Below, piece by piece: positions 40,135 to 51,122 of a stretch of DNA of 64,000 bases; the first letter of the stretch is position 1, and every line of letters begins with the position of its first letter. This DNA comes from Cyanidioschyzon merolae. Taxonomy: Eukaryota. The DNA lies in assembly GCA_000091205.1 (NCBI GenBank), contig AP006491.2; one strand, 5' to 3'. A program made the position numbers and the translations under genes. The notes under the pieces were generated by a model. That model was not told the origin of the DNA and made no database searches. It saw only the letters and a list, made by a program, of their open reading frames with translations.

Positions 40135-43100
40135 ATGGGTCGCATACAGCGCCTAGAGGTAGAAAACTTCAAGTCTTACGGTGGCAAGGTGTGCATCGGA
40201 CCTTTCGTGGAGGGGTTTACGGCTGTCATCGGACCTAACGGCGTTGGTAAGTCGAACTTATTAGATGCCTTGGGGTTTGCGCTAGGCTTGCCCGCCCGCT
40301 TTCTTCGGGCGCAGCGCTTAGCAGAACTTATCTATCGCAAATCTGACCATGATGTTGTTCATGGGCAGGAAGTTGCTGGTGAACATAACGTGGACGGTGC
40401 AAACCAGTCCCACCGTGAAACGGCGGTGGCAGGGCACGCAGACGGCTGCGCTAGCGTTCGTCTCTTTCTGGAGGTTGCGCCCGACCAGGTGCTCATTTTT
40501 GAGCGTTCCATCGAAACGAAAGGTGTTGCGAGCTACCAGGTGAACGGTCAACCGCTGAGCTCCGAGGAATATGCGGATAAGCTGGCAGAACACTCGATCT
40601 TAGTGAAAGCTCGCAACTTCCTCGTGTTCCAAAACGAAGTGGAAGATATAGCGACAAAGTCGGGAAAAGCGTTATCTGCGCTCTTCGAAGAGATATCGGG
40701 ATCGGCCGAGTTACGCAATGAGTACGATTCGGCCTTGGCGGAGGTTCGCAAGGCCGAGCAACGGCTCCATTTGTGCGCCCAGAAAAAGAGGGGCCTCCTG
40801 GCCGAAAAGAAACAGTGTCGCGCGCATTGCGATGAAGCTGAGCGTTACAACCAGCTGCAGCAACAGATCGCGAAGATCAGGAAGCTTCGCGTGCTGTTCC
40901 AGCTGTTTCATTTGAAGAAGGATGATTCCGAAGCTGAAGAAAGCACGCAGGGACTCGAACGCGAGTTGGAAGCTCTGCGAGCACGAAGAGTTACCATCGC
41001 CAGCGACCTGGAAGACCAGAAACGGGCTCTCGCCAGCATGCGCCGCGAACAAGCCGCCCTCGAAAAGCGGCGGCAAGCACTCGAGTTATCCCTCGAGAAG
41101 AATCTGATACAGCAAGCAGCTAAACGAAGCGAAGCTCGCGCTGCGGAGAAGCGGCTCTCGATGGAGCAGAAGGCCCTCGACAACCTTCGCACCAATCGGA
41201 CGCGATCCAGGGAGGAGATTCATGCGCTGGAAAAGGCGCTTGCCGAAGTTGGAGAAGCGCTGCGTGCTTTGAACGAAGAAGAGGAGCAGGCGTTGGCAGA
41301 ATTGCAAGCCGCTCACGGAGTGGATTCCTCTGCAGTTCGCAGGTTACGTGATGAGGCGGTCGCGAGCACTGCGAGCATGCGTGAGATGCTTACCACGGCC
41401 GAGAGAGCAACGGCTGCGCTACGCGCCATGCACAAGACGGAGGCGCAGAAGCTCGCGGCCTTAGAACGACGCTTTCGCGAGCTGGAAATCGATCGTGATC
41501 GTCTTTCCATGCAGATCGAGAAGATTCGGGCAAAAATCCAAGACGCGGAGAGAAATTTGGAAGAGGCCCGCATCGCAGACCAGAAGGCGCGACGGCGGTC
41601 CAGCGAACAGGCACAGAAACGCGAGGCGCTCGAGAGGGCGGCCCAGCAGTATCGCGAGCGTCTGCTAGAACTTCGCTGTGCACGAATGGAGTCCGAAAGA
41701 GAGCGAAGATTCCACGAAACCTTAGATCAAATCATGCGTCTGTTCCCTGGCGCTCGAGGTCGCATCGTGGATATCTGCCGGCCCGTCCAGCGACGCTACG
41801 AAGAAGCCGTATCTGTCATTCTGGGCAAGCTTGGAGATGCGATTGTCGTCGATGACGAACGTACAGCAAGCGAATGCATCGCTTACTTGAAACAGCAACG
41901 TGCGGGCACGGCTACGTTCTTGCCCCTTGCTGAGATTCGTCCCGCGCCCATTGATGAGAGCTTGCGTGGTATTGGTGGCACTGTGCGGCTCGCAATCGAT
42001 GTACTCGAGTTTGACAAGTCATTCTTCCCGGCCATTCAGTATGTTGTCGGAAACGCCTTAGTTTGCGACAGTTTGGATGAAGCACGCCATGTTGCGTACG
42101 GCGGCAGTCAGGTTTCACGCATCTGCACAATCGATGGCACGCTGATCCACCGTTCTGGGTTCATTACCGGCGGCGCGGAATCCGATCAGGGTGCGTCGCG
42201 CACGCTCTGGGAGAATGAACAGGCCGTCTCTCTCAAGCGGGAATTGGATGAAGTTTTGCTGGAGTTAGCGAAACTTGGTCCAGTAGATTCGGCACAAGAG
42301 CGCAATGAAGCTGAGCAAGCCCATGAAGTGCTCCTCAGTACTCAAAGACATCTCGAGTATTTACGACACGAGCTGCAACAAAATGAGGAACGTGCTGTCA
42401 AAGTCAGCTCCCAGCTGAATGCGCTTCACGAACAAGTCTCCAAAGCCAAGGTCAGCGAGGAACAATGCCGGCATCAACTCGAACAAGGCGTCGCAAATGT
42501 ATCCCAGATCAAAGAAAGAATCGAACGCGCAGAGCGAGAAATACTCGGAGATATTTCCCCGCAGAGTATTCACCGAAACGAAGAGTTCCGCGAGCGTCGC
42601 CTGGCGCTGACCTCCCAGCAAGCCAAACTGCGCGCTCGTTTAGAATACGAATACGCCAGAGAAGCAGAAACCAGCGAGCAGGACCTCGTCGAGCGCGTCC
42701 AAAAGGCCACCGCAGCCAGAGCTGAGCTGGACACCCAGATTGAACGCCTAGAGCGTGAGCAGGAAACACTCGAGCACAGTATCCGGGAGGCACTGCAACA
42801 ACAAGAGCATATTCAGCAACAACTGGCAAAAATAGAGGAAGCTCTGGAAAAGATGCGCGAAGAAGAGAAGCAGCTGGCAGAAGACATCAGTTCCAAGGAA
42901 AACGCCCTGAACACGCACCGCGCAAACAAGGAGGATATCGCCGAGCGTCTGCGCGCCCTGGAGACTGCGTGTCGCATCGACCAGATCGATGTGCGTGCGC
43001 CCGCGACAGCAGCAGAGGCGGGTCGGGGTCAGGGCCGCGGCGCTGGGCATTCGAGCGATCGCGCACGCGCTCGGACGCGCACCCGTGGTCCATCTGGTGC

Positions 43101-43938
43101 GCAGTCCGAAGACCCTGTCCTATTTGCAGAGGATCTGGATATGTCGCTCTTGAGCGAAGAGCATAGACATGCGAGAAGCCACTCTGAGCGCATGGCCATA
43201 GAGTCGTCGTTGAATGAACAGGAACAAAGTCTCGTGGCAGAGTTGGAGCGCATGGCCCCAAATCTGCGAATCACGCAACAGCTCGATGATATCCAGCAGA
43301 GGCTCGACCTTGTTGCCACCGAGCAGGAGGTCGCTCGTGGCGCGCTTGCGGAGGCAAATCGTCGATGGTTGAACGCGCGCGATGAGCGTACGCGGCGCTT
43401 TCGGGAGTGCTTCGATCATGTCGCCGTCTCCATCGATGGCGTATTCAAAGAGCTTACACGATCAGAGGTACATCCCGTGGGCGGAAGTGCCTCGATCAGC
43501 CTCGAGTCCGCGTCGGAGCCGTACCTAGGTGGCATTCGCTTCAGCGTCATGCTCCCCGCAAAGCGCTTCCGCGAGGTGGATCAGCTCAGCGGGGGCGAAC
43601 GCAGCCTGGCGGCACTGGCACTTGTCTTTGCACTGCGTGACTTTCAGAAGTGTCCGTTTTTGATTATGGACGAGATTGACGCTGCACTGGACCCCGCAAA
43701 CTTAAGCCGCGTGGCGACTTACATTCGAGGGCGTTCCGTACAGTCCCATCCATTTCAAACGATCGTCATTTCGCTTAAGGACCAGTTCTTTGAGTTCGCC
43801 AATGCCCTGGTTGGTGTTTATCGCAACCCTCTCGAAGGTCACTGCAGTCGCATGCTCACCCTAGATTTGGATGCCACTGTCGCAGCGACGAACACTGCGG
43901 ACGCCAAAGAGACGCCTGCAGACTCGTCGCCCAGTTAG
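40135..43938 (+). CDS. SMC1: Structural maintenance of chromosomes protein 1 (cohesin SMC1)
   Basis: An N-terminal Walker A head (MGRIQRLEVENFKSYGGKVCIGPF..FTAVIGPNGVGKSNLLDALGFALG), long coiled coils, a hinge, the ABC signature QLSGGERSLAALALVFAL, Walker B FLIMDEIDAALD and an SMC1-type C-terminus (VISLKDQFFEFANALVGVYR). An ATG at 40135; the track start at 40096 is not ATG. No introns. Confidence 0.9.
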   Translation: MGRIQRLEVENFKSYGGKVCIGPFVEGFTAVIGPNGVGKSNLLDALGFALGLPARFLRAQRLAELIYRKSDHDVVHGQEVAGEHNVDGANQSHRETAVAGHADGCASVRLFLEVAPDQVLIFERSIETKGVASYQVNGQPLSSEEYADKLAEHSILVKARNFLVFQNEVEDIATKSGKALSALFEEISGSAELRNEYDSALAEVRKAEQRLHLCAQKKRGLLAEKKQCRAHCDEAERYNQLQQQIAKIRKLRVLFQLFHLKKDDSEAEESTQGLERELEALRARRVTIASDLEDQKRALASMRREQAALEKRRQALELSLEKNLIQQAAKRSEARAAEKRLSMEQKALDNLRTNRTRSREEIHALEKALAEVGEALRALNEEEEQALAELQAAHGVDSSAVRRLRDEAVASTASMREMLTTAERATAALRAMHKTEAQKLAALERRFRELEIDRDRLSMQIEKIRAKIQDAERNLEEARIADQKARRRSSEQAQKREALERAAQQYRERLLELRCARMESERERRFHETLDQIMRLFPGARGRIVDICRPVQRRYEEAVSVILGKLGDAIVVDDERTASECIAYLKQQRAGTATFLPLAEIRPAPIDESLRGIGGTVRLAIDVLEFDKSFFPAIQYVVGNALVCDSLDEARHVAYGGSQVSRICTIDGTLIHRSGFITGGAESDQGASRTLWENEQAVSLKRELDEVLLELAKLGPVDSAQERNEAEQAHEVLLSTQRHLEYLRHELQQNEERAVKVSSQLNALHEQVSKAKVSEEQCRHQLEQGVANVSQIKERIERAEREILGDISPQSIHRNEEFRERRLALTSQQAKLRARLEYEYAREAETSEQDLVERVQKATAARAELDTQIERLEREQETLEHSIREALQQQEHIQQQLAKIEEALEKMREEEKQLAEDISSKENALNTHRANKEDIAERLRALETACRIDQIDVRAPATAAEAGRGQGRGAGHSSDRARARTRTRGPSGAQSEDPVLFAEDLDMSLLSEEHRHARSHSERMAIESSLNEQEQSLVAELERMAPNLRITQQLDDIQQRLDLVATEQEVARGALAEANRRWLNARDERTRRFRECFDHVAVSIDGVFKELTRSEVHPVGGSASISLESASEPYLGGIRFSVMLPAKRFREVDQLSGGERSLAALALVFALRDFQKCPFLIMDEIDAALDPANLSRVATYIRGRSVQSHPFQTIVISLKDQFFEFANALVGVYRNPLEGHCSRMLTLDLDATVAATNTADAKETPADSSPS

Positions 43939-44656
43939 CCGCTGCAGCAGTCTGGTGTCGCACCTGTGACGCTCTAGGGCCCTGCTCGAGTGCACCAGGC
44001 TCCAGGAGAAAGCGTGCACCCGCCTCTGACTTGCGGAGACAATCGCAACCGGCTTGCTAGTCGTTAGACGACTCACGCAAACAGTTCTAAGCTAAAAAAA
44101 TACACCCGCTCCAGAGACTCGCAGAGTTTCCCCAGGTCCATAGAGGTGCCCACGACACGGGGTACCCCCGAGCGCACCTCGGATATTGGCGTGCGGGCAA
44201 GCGCGCACCACTCCGCATCCAACCTGCAAGCTCCACTGGTTGCCACCGAGAGTTGCATACGGAGAAATTGGTTCACTCATATGAAACGCTGCAACGCCAA
44301 GTGCCTACCGTGAGCACCCATACCGACACCTATGCTGTCGCTATGGACGCTCCATGGAGACGACGCGCGGCTTTGCCATATCCGTGCAGCTGTCGACTCG
44401 AGGTGCCTTGCACTAGCAGCAGCCCCAGCTGCAGCAGCAGCAGCACTGGATTGCGTCGAACGCGGATCAGAGCGGATTCGTGCGGCCGTCCACCGAGACC
44501 CGTGTCCGTTTCCGAACGCGCGCCGCCCGGCCGTCGCCGGCGTCGTCCGCCTACCTGCCACCAAAGGCGGGCGCACGTCTCCGTTCCCGAGCACTCCCCG
44601 TGCGAGTGCAGGTGTTGGTTCAGAGTTTTTGCCAGTACACCGGCTCTACTGGGGGT

Positions 44657-46099
44657 ATGTTTGGTTCAAGACCGCACACTGAACGCAGGCAACGCGCTGG
44701 CAGAATAATGTCGGCATCAGTGTCTTTCGTGGAGTCAGTTCAATTTCTGCAGCGTGGCTTTGGCTCGCGTCTGTGTCGCGGGGTAGGGTGTCGGCGTCGC
44801 AGCTGCGGCCGCAGCACGCCCGACTTGCGTTTACCGTTCGAGCGCATGCTTGCGAGCGAAACCCGAGTTCGACCTCGAATAGCTGTTGTCGTGCAGCGGC
44901 AGTACGTTGCCGCTGCAGCGCCAGCGATCGATCCCCGGAGGCCCACCCGTCAGAGCCGAACCAGTGAACCACAGCGTCAGCAACAGAGCTTCGAGGGTTT
45001 CGGTACGGGTACGGTTTCGCGCCCCGTCGGGCGCACCTCGGCGGGTGTAATCATAAGCGTGATCGTCGTGAGCGCTGCACTGGGCACAGCCGGGTACTTC
45101 GGCGTGCAGCGTTTCTTGAAGCAGCGCGAGCAGCTTATCGTTGAGTTTGGCGAGGAAATGGTCCAGGCCCTGCAGTTCGTTGAGCGACGCTCTGCAGATG
45201 ACATCCCTGACGAGGATCGACTGCGGAAGGAGCTCACTCATGTAACCCGCGTCTACAGCGCAAAGGCGCCACTCTGGGGACAGAAACGGCGAATGTACAG
45301 CTCGTTTTTGTACACGCTGATCCGAAACGTGAAATTGACGGTGGGCGGGATTATGGCAGCACGCATTGCGCAGCAAATGCTGGGTGTATCGGAGCGTACT
45401 GCAGAGCAAGTGATGAACGCGCTCACTGAAGAGCGACTCGCATCAGCGCCAAGCTTGCTGAGCAAGCTGCTCTTCCTTAGCGAGCGACTCGGAATGAACA
45501 GCAAATCCCTACGCATTCGCGACAAGCTCTCGTTCAGTGCCGAAGCTGTGAGGAGTTTGCAACAAAACTTATGCGAAAGCTGTTATCGGGACGTTATAGA
45601 GGAAAGAATAAGTCGTCTGAAGGAGGCGCGTGGCGAGCAAACGCTGACCGCGGCGGGCCTGCCGGGCCCCGGTCAGGACGCGGAGCTTGAGCGCTTCCGA
45701 AGGCGTCTAACGCGGCTCTCGCTCGATATCGAACTCGCTAGGGATATGCTGCAATCGAACAACATTCCGAAAGGGTACGAATTGCTCGGACTCGGTGAGC
45801 GCGATGCGCGCACGATCATCGAGAATTTCATCGCGGACAAAGAACGCGCAGTGGACGCCACAGCTCGCGACATTGAGGCTCGCGAACGCTCCATCATGGC
45901 TCGCCAGCGCGAATCCGCCGCTGAGGCATCTGGCAGCGGGGGCGCAAAGCCCGCAACCCACCGCTTCGAGTGCCAGCGGTGCGGTTACACCCTGTTTCCA
46001 GCTGCTGGGAGGGAGTGGAAGTTTTACGGTGATGATTTCAAGTGCCCGCAGTGCGGTGCACCCAAGTCGGACTTTCGGGATACCTCCGAGCAATCGTAA
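44657..46099 (+). CDS. Hypothetical coiled-coil membrane protein with a C-terminal rubredoxin-like zinc ribbon
   Basis: An Arg/Ser-rich N-terminus, one predicted TM segment (GVIISVIVVSAALGTAGYFGV), coiled-coil-prone regions, and a C-terminal FECQRCGY...x22...CPQCGA motif (two CxxCG knuckles). The track start is GTG at 44480; the first ATGs are at 44657 and 44708. Confidence 0.4.
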   Translation: MFGSRPHTERRQRAGRIMSASVSFVESVQFLQRGFGSRLCRGVGCRRRSCGRSTPDLRLPFERMLASETRVRPRIAVVVQRQYVAAAAPAIDPRRPTRQSRTSEPQRQQQSFEGFGTGTVSRPVGRTSAGVIISVIVVSAALGTAGYFGVQRFLKQREQLIVEFGEEMVQALQFVERRSADDIPDEDRLRKELTHVTRVYSAKAPLWGQKRRMYSSFLYTLIRNVKLTVGGIMAARIAQQMLGVSERTAEQVMNALTEERLASAPSLLSKLLFLSERLGMNSKSLRIRDKLSFSAEAVRSLQQNLCESCYRDVIEERISRLKEARGEQTLTAAGLPGPGQDAELERFRRRLTRLSLDIELARDMLQSNNIPKGYELLGLGERDARTIIENFIADKERAVDATARDIEARERSIMARQRESAAEASGSGGAKPATHRFECQRCGYTLFPAAGREWKFYGDDFKCPQCGAPKSDFRDTSEQS

Positions 46100-48205
46100 A
46101 TCCCTGGAATCTCTCTATAAGGGCATCTGCTGAGCGCGCCGCCGCACTTGGAAAGCCTACACCAGAGCCTGATCCGCAGCCGGGGAACCGCATCGCATAC
46201 GACCCGCGCACAAGTGACGCTGCACGCCGCGTGAGTGGCGCGGTTTTCGGAAGGGAAGAAGGGGCAGGTGCGAGGCGTGCCTCATGGACGTCGTTACAAG
46301 TCCAGCGCGTCGTGCATCGCAGCGAAGCGGTGCGTCTGCGAGTGGGCGCTCTGCATGCCAGCCTCTGGGACACTCGGTCTCAGCAGAAACGAACAACCCG
46401 CCTGCGTAGGAGCTTTTCATCGCTGTATCGGTTGCATCTGAGCCTGAAAACAAAAACCCCATTTTAAATGTTGCGGCGTTGGTTTTGGTGACGTCTGCGT
46501 AGCGAGTCCCAACTCGGATCTCGATACCTAGAAACTCGCTCTGAGCTTGCAGATAGCACACACATGCCGAAAACGCGCTCCAGACACGATTGATCACCTG
46601 CTGTGCCATTTCATGTCATCCACAGGTCATCCACCGACGGCTTGGAAAAGTTGCAGTGGCGCGGTAGAGGGTCAAAGTATGGCGTGGACGCAGACGATGT
46701 TGCGCGGCAATGACAAGCGCTGCCCGGGCATTTTTTCGCACGTGTCTGCATTGAGTGGAGCGAGTCGCCGTAGAAAACTCGGACGTGCGCGTGAAAGCTT
46801 TTCTTTTGCTTCCCATGGCCATCAACACCAGTCTCTGCGGGCTTTTCATGCGACTGCCTCTTTATCCGCTCTCTTATCTCCGGATTTGCGTACGGCTATC
46901 GCTGCTCTCCGACAAGCTCCGATATCAACAGTCGAATATTGTTGATGGCAGCGTTATTGTACAGATATCATCGCTTCCGGCTATTGTCGACGCCTATGAT
47001 GCAGATGAGGCAGTTGCGAATTACGTTTCAATAGCCATTTTCATGTTCTTTGGCTGCAGCACCGATGCGTCCGTAGCAGCGGTGGCGCTCGGCTGAACTC
47101 AGGGATTTTCACGTGTCCACTATATATCCTGGTCCGGGGCCTGCACTGTGGCGCGTAAACGCTTGTTGCATTGCTCGGAATGTGCACATAACGGATACGA
47201 AAGGTGCCTCTCGATGCACGCCTCCGTTTCCGAGCCCGGTGCCGTACCCAACGATCTCGGGCCTCTTTTAGGCGATCTCCTCGGCGTGTGCTCTGTCCGC
47301 TCCGAGTACAAACGCACGTTGCTCCGTTCGATAGCGGATTCGAAGAACGCGGTTTGGTTCTTGATGAAATAAGTAGCAGAAGGGGCACCAAGAATGCGGA
47401 ACAACTCGAGAAATATCGATCTCCCTACGCTGCGTTCGTGGAAAGCGTCGACGAACCCTCTATTGGATGCGATCGCTCCGATGATTCAGGTTTGAGTCTA
47501 AGACACTGTTCCATGCAAACAGAACGGACGGGAGCCTCTGGGAGCTCATCTCGCGAGAGGTATAAAGTTAGAATTTTAGTGAACTTTCTGCTTGAGCTTC
47601 TGAACAAGTCGTCATACGATGACATCGAATGTTTCCCCCAAAAAAGAATAAGTCCGACCACTGACAAGCAATTCGATAAAAGTAGCTTTCCAGCTCTATG
47701 TTAAGCATTGAAAGGGAGAAAAGGTTGCCGCATCTTCGAAACTTTAACTTCTAGACGCAAGGTCCCGCGAGCCGGTCGAGTGTGCCGGGCTTGCGCTCCA
47801 TGTGCCTCTGCAGTGGCGGATGCTGCTGTGAGCCTTGAACAACTCGTCCGCAATGCAGTGTACTCTCGGACTCGGAGCGGCCAGGCCGTGTCTGGGCGTT
47901 GCCCTGGTCGCGGTGGACTCTTTGCATATCGCTCCGCGCTGCCGCATGCAGCGCGTCTGTCCGCGCGGCTCGCAGGCTCCCAGAATGAGTACGTTCTCCG
48001 ATTCTGCCACTGGTGAATCACACCTCGAGGTACCACTCTCTAAGGTATGGCAAAGCCGTTCTCTCCCTATGATGCATACGCACCAGCGATATAAGCACTA
48101 GTGCAGGTGCAGCAAGGCAGGTACTCAGCACTCGATAGAACCTAAGAAACGACCAGTCTCTCCGAGAGAAACAAAGGGTAATGGAACCTGAGCGCAGGAT
48201 GCAGC

Positions 48206-49573
48206 ATGATAGACAATTTCCCAACCCCCGATGTACATCCTGCAAGCCAGGGTTCACGGTCAATCTTAACGATTTGTCGAGCAAAAAAAATCGTGTATCC
48301 GGGAAGCAGCGATCCCCAGTTGCGCGCTGATGCTAGGCATCTGGTACAGGCTCCCGCACGGTCATCGTTGCCCCAGGGCGCGATCGTTGCCACTGCGCCG
48401 CGCCCTTGCATTTTGTCGCACTCACTGGAAGCCGCTGGCGCTGTTTCGCCGCAGCGTTTGCGTGGCGCCTGCGCCTTCGCTCGCCACGAGCGCGTGCGCA
48501 CGCATGCGCCTGCGACCTCAGAGGCGCGCGCACGTCCGGCCCTAAAGGGTAACAGTGCTCGCAGATACGCTGCGAACGGTGGGCACGTGAGGATGACTGC
48601 TTTATCCGCGGCCTTTGTAGGGTCTTTGGGACCTGGTACACGAATTCAATTGCGCTGTACGCGTCAGCAGTCAAGAGTCCCTCTGGGGAGCGGTGGAGCG
48701 AGTGCTCGGAGCAGTTTGCGCGCGGGACGTCCACGGCGCCTCGCGTGCTGCGCGCCGGAGGCCAGCGGTCTCTCTGAGCCTATCTTTCAGACGAGGACCT
48801 CAGCTGATGCTGAGCACGCCAGTTTTCCAAACGGTCGCAGTGTTCCGAGGAAAGAGTCTGGAGCCGCGTTGCCGGAAGACACCGGCGAGCACGCTGGGAG
48901 CCTACCAGCTTCGTTGCCTGTCGACGTGCCGTCACTTGGGACCGCCCCAGAGAGAACCAGTTACTCTGTTTGTCCCGAGCTGTTGTCGTCGACCGCAAGC
49001 ACTTTCCGACCGTTTACTCCGACCGAGGCGTTTGGTGGCCTTGGCGTCTCGTGGGACGAGCTGGAGCCCCCGCAGCTCGGGGAACGGCTCTCGATTTTCC
49101 AGCGGGTAGCCGCTGACGTCGGGCCGGAAGCGTGGGCGCGAATTGCCTCTGCTGAGAAAATGGACGGTGACGAGGATGAACAGCTCGCCACGGCGGAGGG
49201 CTTCGACCGACTGCGGAAGCACCAGTTGCTGTTTGATTTCGAAATAAACCCCTGCCGCAAAGAAGAGGCTCGCGAGATGCTCATCCATCGAATGCGCAAA
49301 ACGCGGCAGCGCATACTGTATTTGCAGAAGGAGATTGACAAGCTTCCGGAGCGACTGGAGAAACTCATTGCCGAACTGGATGTATGCACAGAGCGCGGCG
49401 ATCGACGGCGGCGTCAGGACGTGCTAGCGCTCGGGAACCGCCTCTGGGCGCGACATCATGAACTGATCGACATCATCGCACGGGAGGAAGTGCGCATGGA
49501 AGAGTACTTGTATGTCTGGGGGCGTCTGCGTTGTAGCGATGACTCGGCGGATGTAACTCAAATTGGGGTGTGA
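48206..49573 (+). CDS. Hypothetical protein with a C-terminal coiled-coil region
   Basis: An ATG-initiated ORF. The N-terminal half is low-complexity and may be non-coding. The C-terminal ~150 aa look protein-like (EINPCRKEEAREMLIHRMRKTRQRILYLQKEIDKLPERLEKLIAELD...). I see no recognisable family. Confidence 0.25.
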   Translation: MIDNFPTPDVHPASQGSRSILTICRAKKIVYPGSSDPQLRADARHLVQAPARSSLPQGAIVATAPRPCILSHSLEAAGAVSPQRLRGACAFARHERVRTHAPATSEARARPALKGNSARRYAANGGHVRMTALSAAFVGSLGPGTRIQLRCTRQQSRVPLGSGGASARSSLRAGRPRRLACCAPEASGLSEPIFQTRTSADAEHASFPNGRSVPRKESGAALPEDTGEHAGSLPASLPVDVPSLGTAPERTSYSVCPELLSSTASTFRPFTPTEAFGGLGVSWDELEPPQLGERLSIFQRVAADVGPEAWARIASAEKMDGDEDEQLATAEGFDRLRKHQLLFDFEINPCRKEEAREMLIHRMRKTRQRILYLQKEIDKLPERLEKLIAELDVCTERGDRRRRQDVLALGNRLWARHHELIDIIAREEVRMEEYLYVWGRLRCSDDSADVTQIGV

Positions 49574-49979
49574 ATATGGTTTCCTCTGCCGGTGGTTTTG
49601 GTGTGGCACCGAATTGTACCATCGCGGGTACCGTGCGTGTCTAGGCGGCTTTCGGATGGATGCTGACACAGAAGCACGGAGCCATTCCGAAACAAACACG
49701 GCATTGCAGAGCTGCTATCCATAAAAGAGCATGAGCTTTTCAGGAATCGGACGAGTAATGGCGCGGGAATGTTCAGCATTACGATGCACTTGTTGAGGAC
49801 AGGGAACTGGAATGCGACTGAATCGCACAACCCCGGCCGAATACAAAACGAACAGACACATTCCATGGACCATTCTCGATCGATCCCGTGACACTGGGCT
49901 TTCCAGCAAGTTATCGCCGCATGTGCACACGCACACGCAAAGCAATGACGCTGGCAAAGGGCCTCGACTCAGTCGTATT

Positions 49980-51122
49980 TTACTTCATGTAGCGCTTTCC
50001 AACGAATTCATTAAACCTGGCAACCTCTCCTTTGGATCCGTAGCAGACCTGAGACCGGACGTCGGTGCCAGGAATCGGGATGTCCAGTGCACTCCGTTCA
50101 CCGTCACTGGAGGCACCGCCGGCGCGCTCGATTAGGAAGGCAACTGGAGCCACTTCGTAGAGTACACGAAGCTTTGCCGGCGCCGACGGGGATGCCGGGT
50201 TCGCAAACACTCCTTTGCCTTTGATGAGAATTTGATTACAGTCCGGCACCATGCCGCCTGTATAGCGTAGCTGATACTTGTTCTCCATCCAGTACTGGAC
50301 GAGTTTCGCGTACCCGGGGTTATCCTGGGTCGCCTTCAGATTACCTGGCGCGAACAGCTTACCCTCATTAATTGTGTAGAATGATTGCACAAGTACCCAC
50401 ATCCCATGGTTCCCTGAAAAGTTATCGACAAGGAGAAACTCATGCGTTCCGGGGATCCCTCTCACGGAAACCGATATTGAGGTTCTTGGCCCATAGACGG
50501 CCATACCGGCAGCTTCGAGTTCCCGTCCTGTTATACCAGTGAGACGCTTACCTCTCCAGACGCCAAAAATCGTGCCGACGGAAAAATTTGTATCCACGAT
50601 GGAGGACCCGTCGAGCGGATCCCATGCCACGGCAAACGTCGAGCCGCCGAGGTCCTTCTCAATGGGCTGCTCCTCGGAACTTCCGATAGCGACGACACGA
50701 GACGCCCGGAGCGCAGCCTCGATGGTTCGGTCCGCCAGCAAGTCAACTGCCAGCTGCTGGTCGCCGAACGCGTTCACGCACTCTTCCTTGTTGCAGGATG
50801 CAGTACGAACCTCGTAGCCGACGACTTTGCAAGCCATGAAGAGAGCCTCAATCGCTTTTGCCAGCTCCTTGTCCTCCTCCAGGGCTAGAAACTCGTGCAA
50901 ACGCATGCCTTCCACGACGCGGTCGTCAATTTTTGGCATGGACACGATGCGCGAGCCCTCTGCGGACGGTACCACCGACATGCGAACGAGCCGGCATGCT
51001 CGCTTTCCTGTTTGCGGCTGGCTCAAGCGCCGCTGCTCAGTGATGCACTTGCGTGCACTGAACACGAACCTCGACGAATGAGTTAGGAAACTCGACGCAA
51101 ACGCCAAATTAGCAGCCTTCAT
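49980..51122 (-). CDS. Sedoheptulose-1,7-bisphosphatase (FBPase/SBPase family)
   Basis: A strong match to SBPase across the mature protein: CVNAFGDQQLAVDLLAD, AWDPLDGSSIVDTNFSVGTIFGVW, YGPRTS, GTHEFLL, YTGGMVPDCNQI, KLRVLYEVAPVAFLIERAGGASSDG. The track ORF runs up to 51806, but the SBPase-like protein starts at the ATG at 51120-51122 (MKAANLAFASSFLTHSSRFVF...), which looks like a presequence. Confidence 0.85.
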   Translation of the reverse strand: MKAANLAFASSFLTHSSRFVFSARKCITEQRRLSQPQTGKRACRLVRMSVVPSAEGSRIVSMPKIDDRVVEGMRLHEFLALEEDKELAKAIEALFMACKVVGYEVRTASCNKEECVNAFGDQQLAVDLLADRTIEAALRASRVVAIGSSEEQPIEKDLGGSTFAVAWDPLDGSSIVDTNFSVGTIFGVWRGKRLTGITGRELEAAGMAVYGPRTSISVSVRGIPGTHEFLLVDNFSGNHGMWVLVQSFYTINEGKLFAPGNLKATQDNPGYAKLVQYWMENKYQLRYTGGMVPDCNQILIKGKGVFANPASPSAPAKLRVLYEVAPVAFLIERAGGASSDGERSALDIPIPGTDVRSQVCYGSKGEVARFNEFVGKRYMK

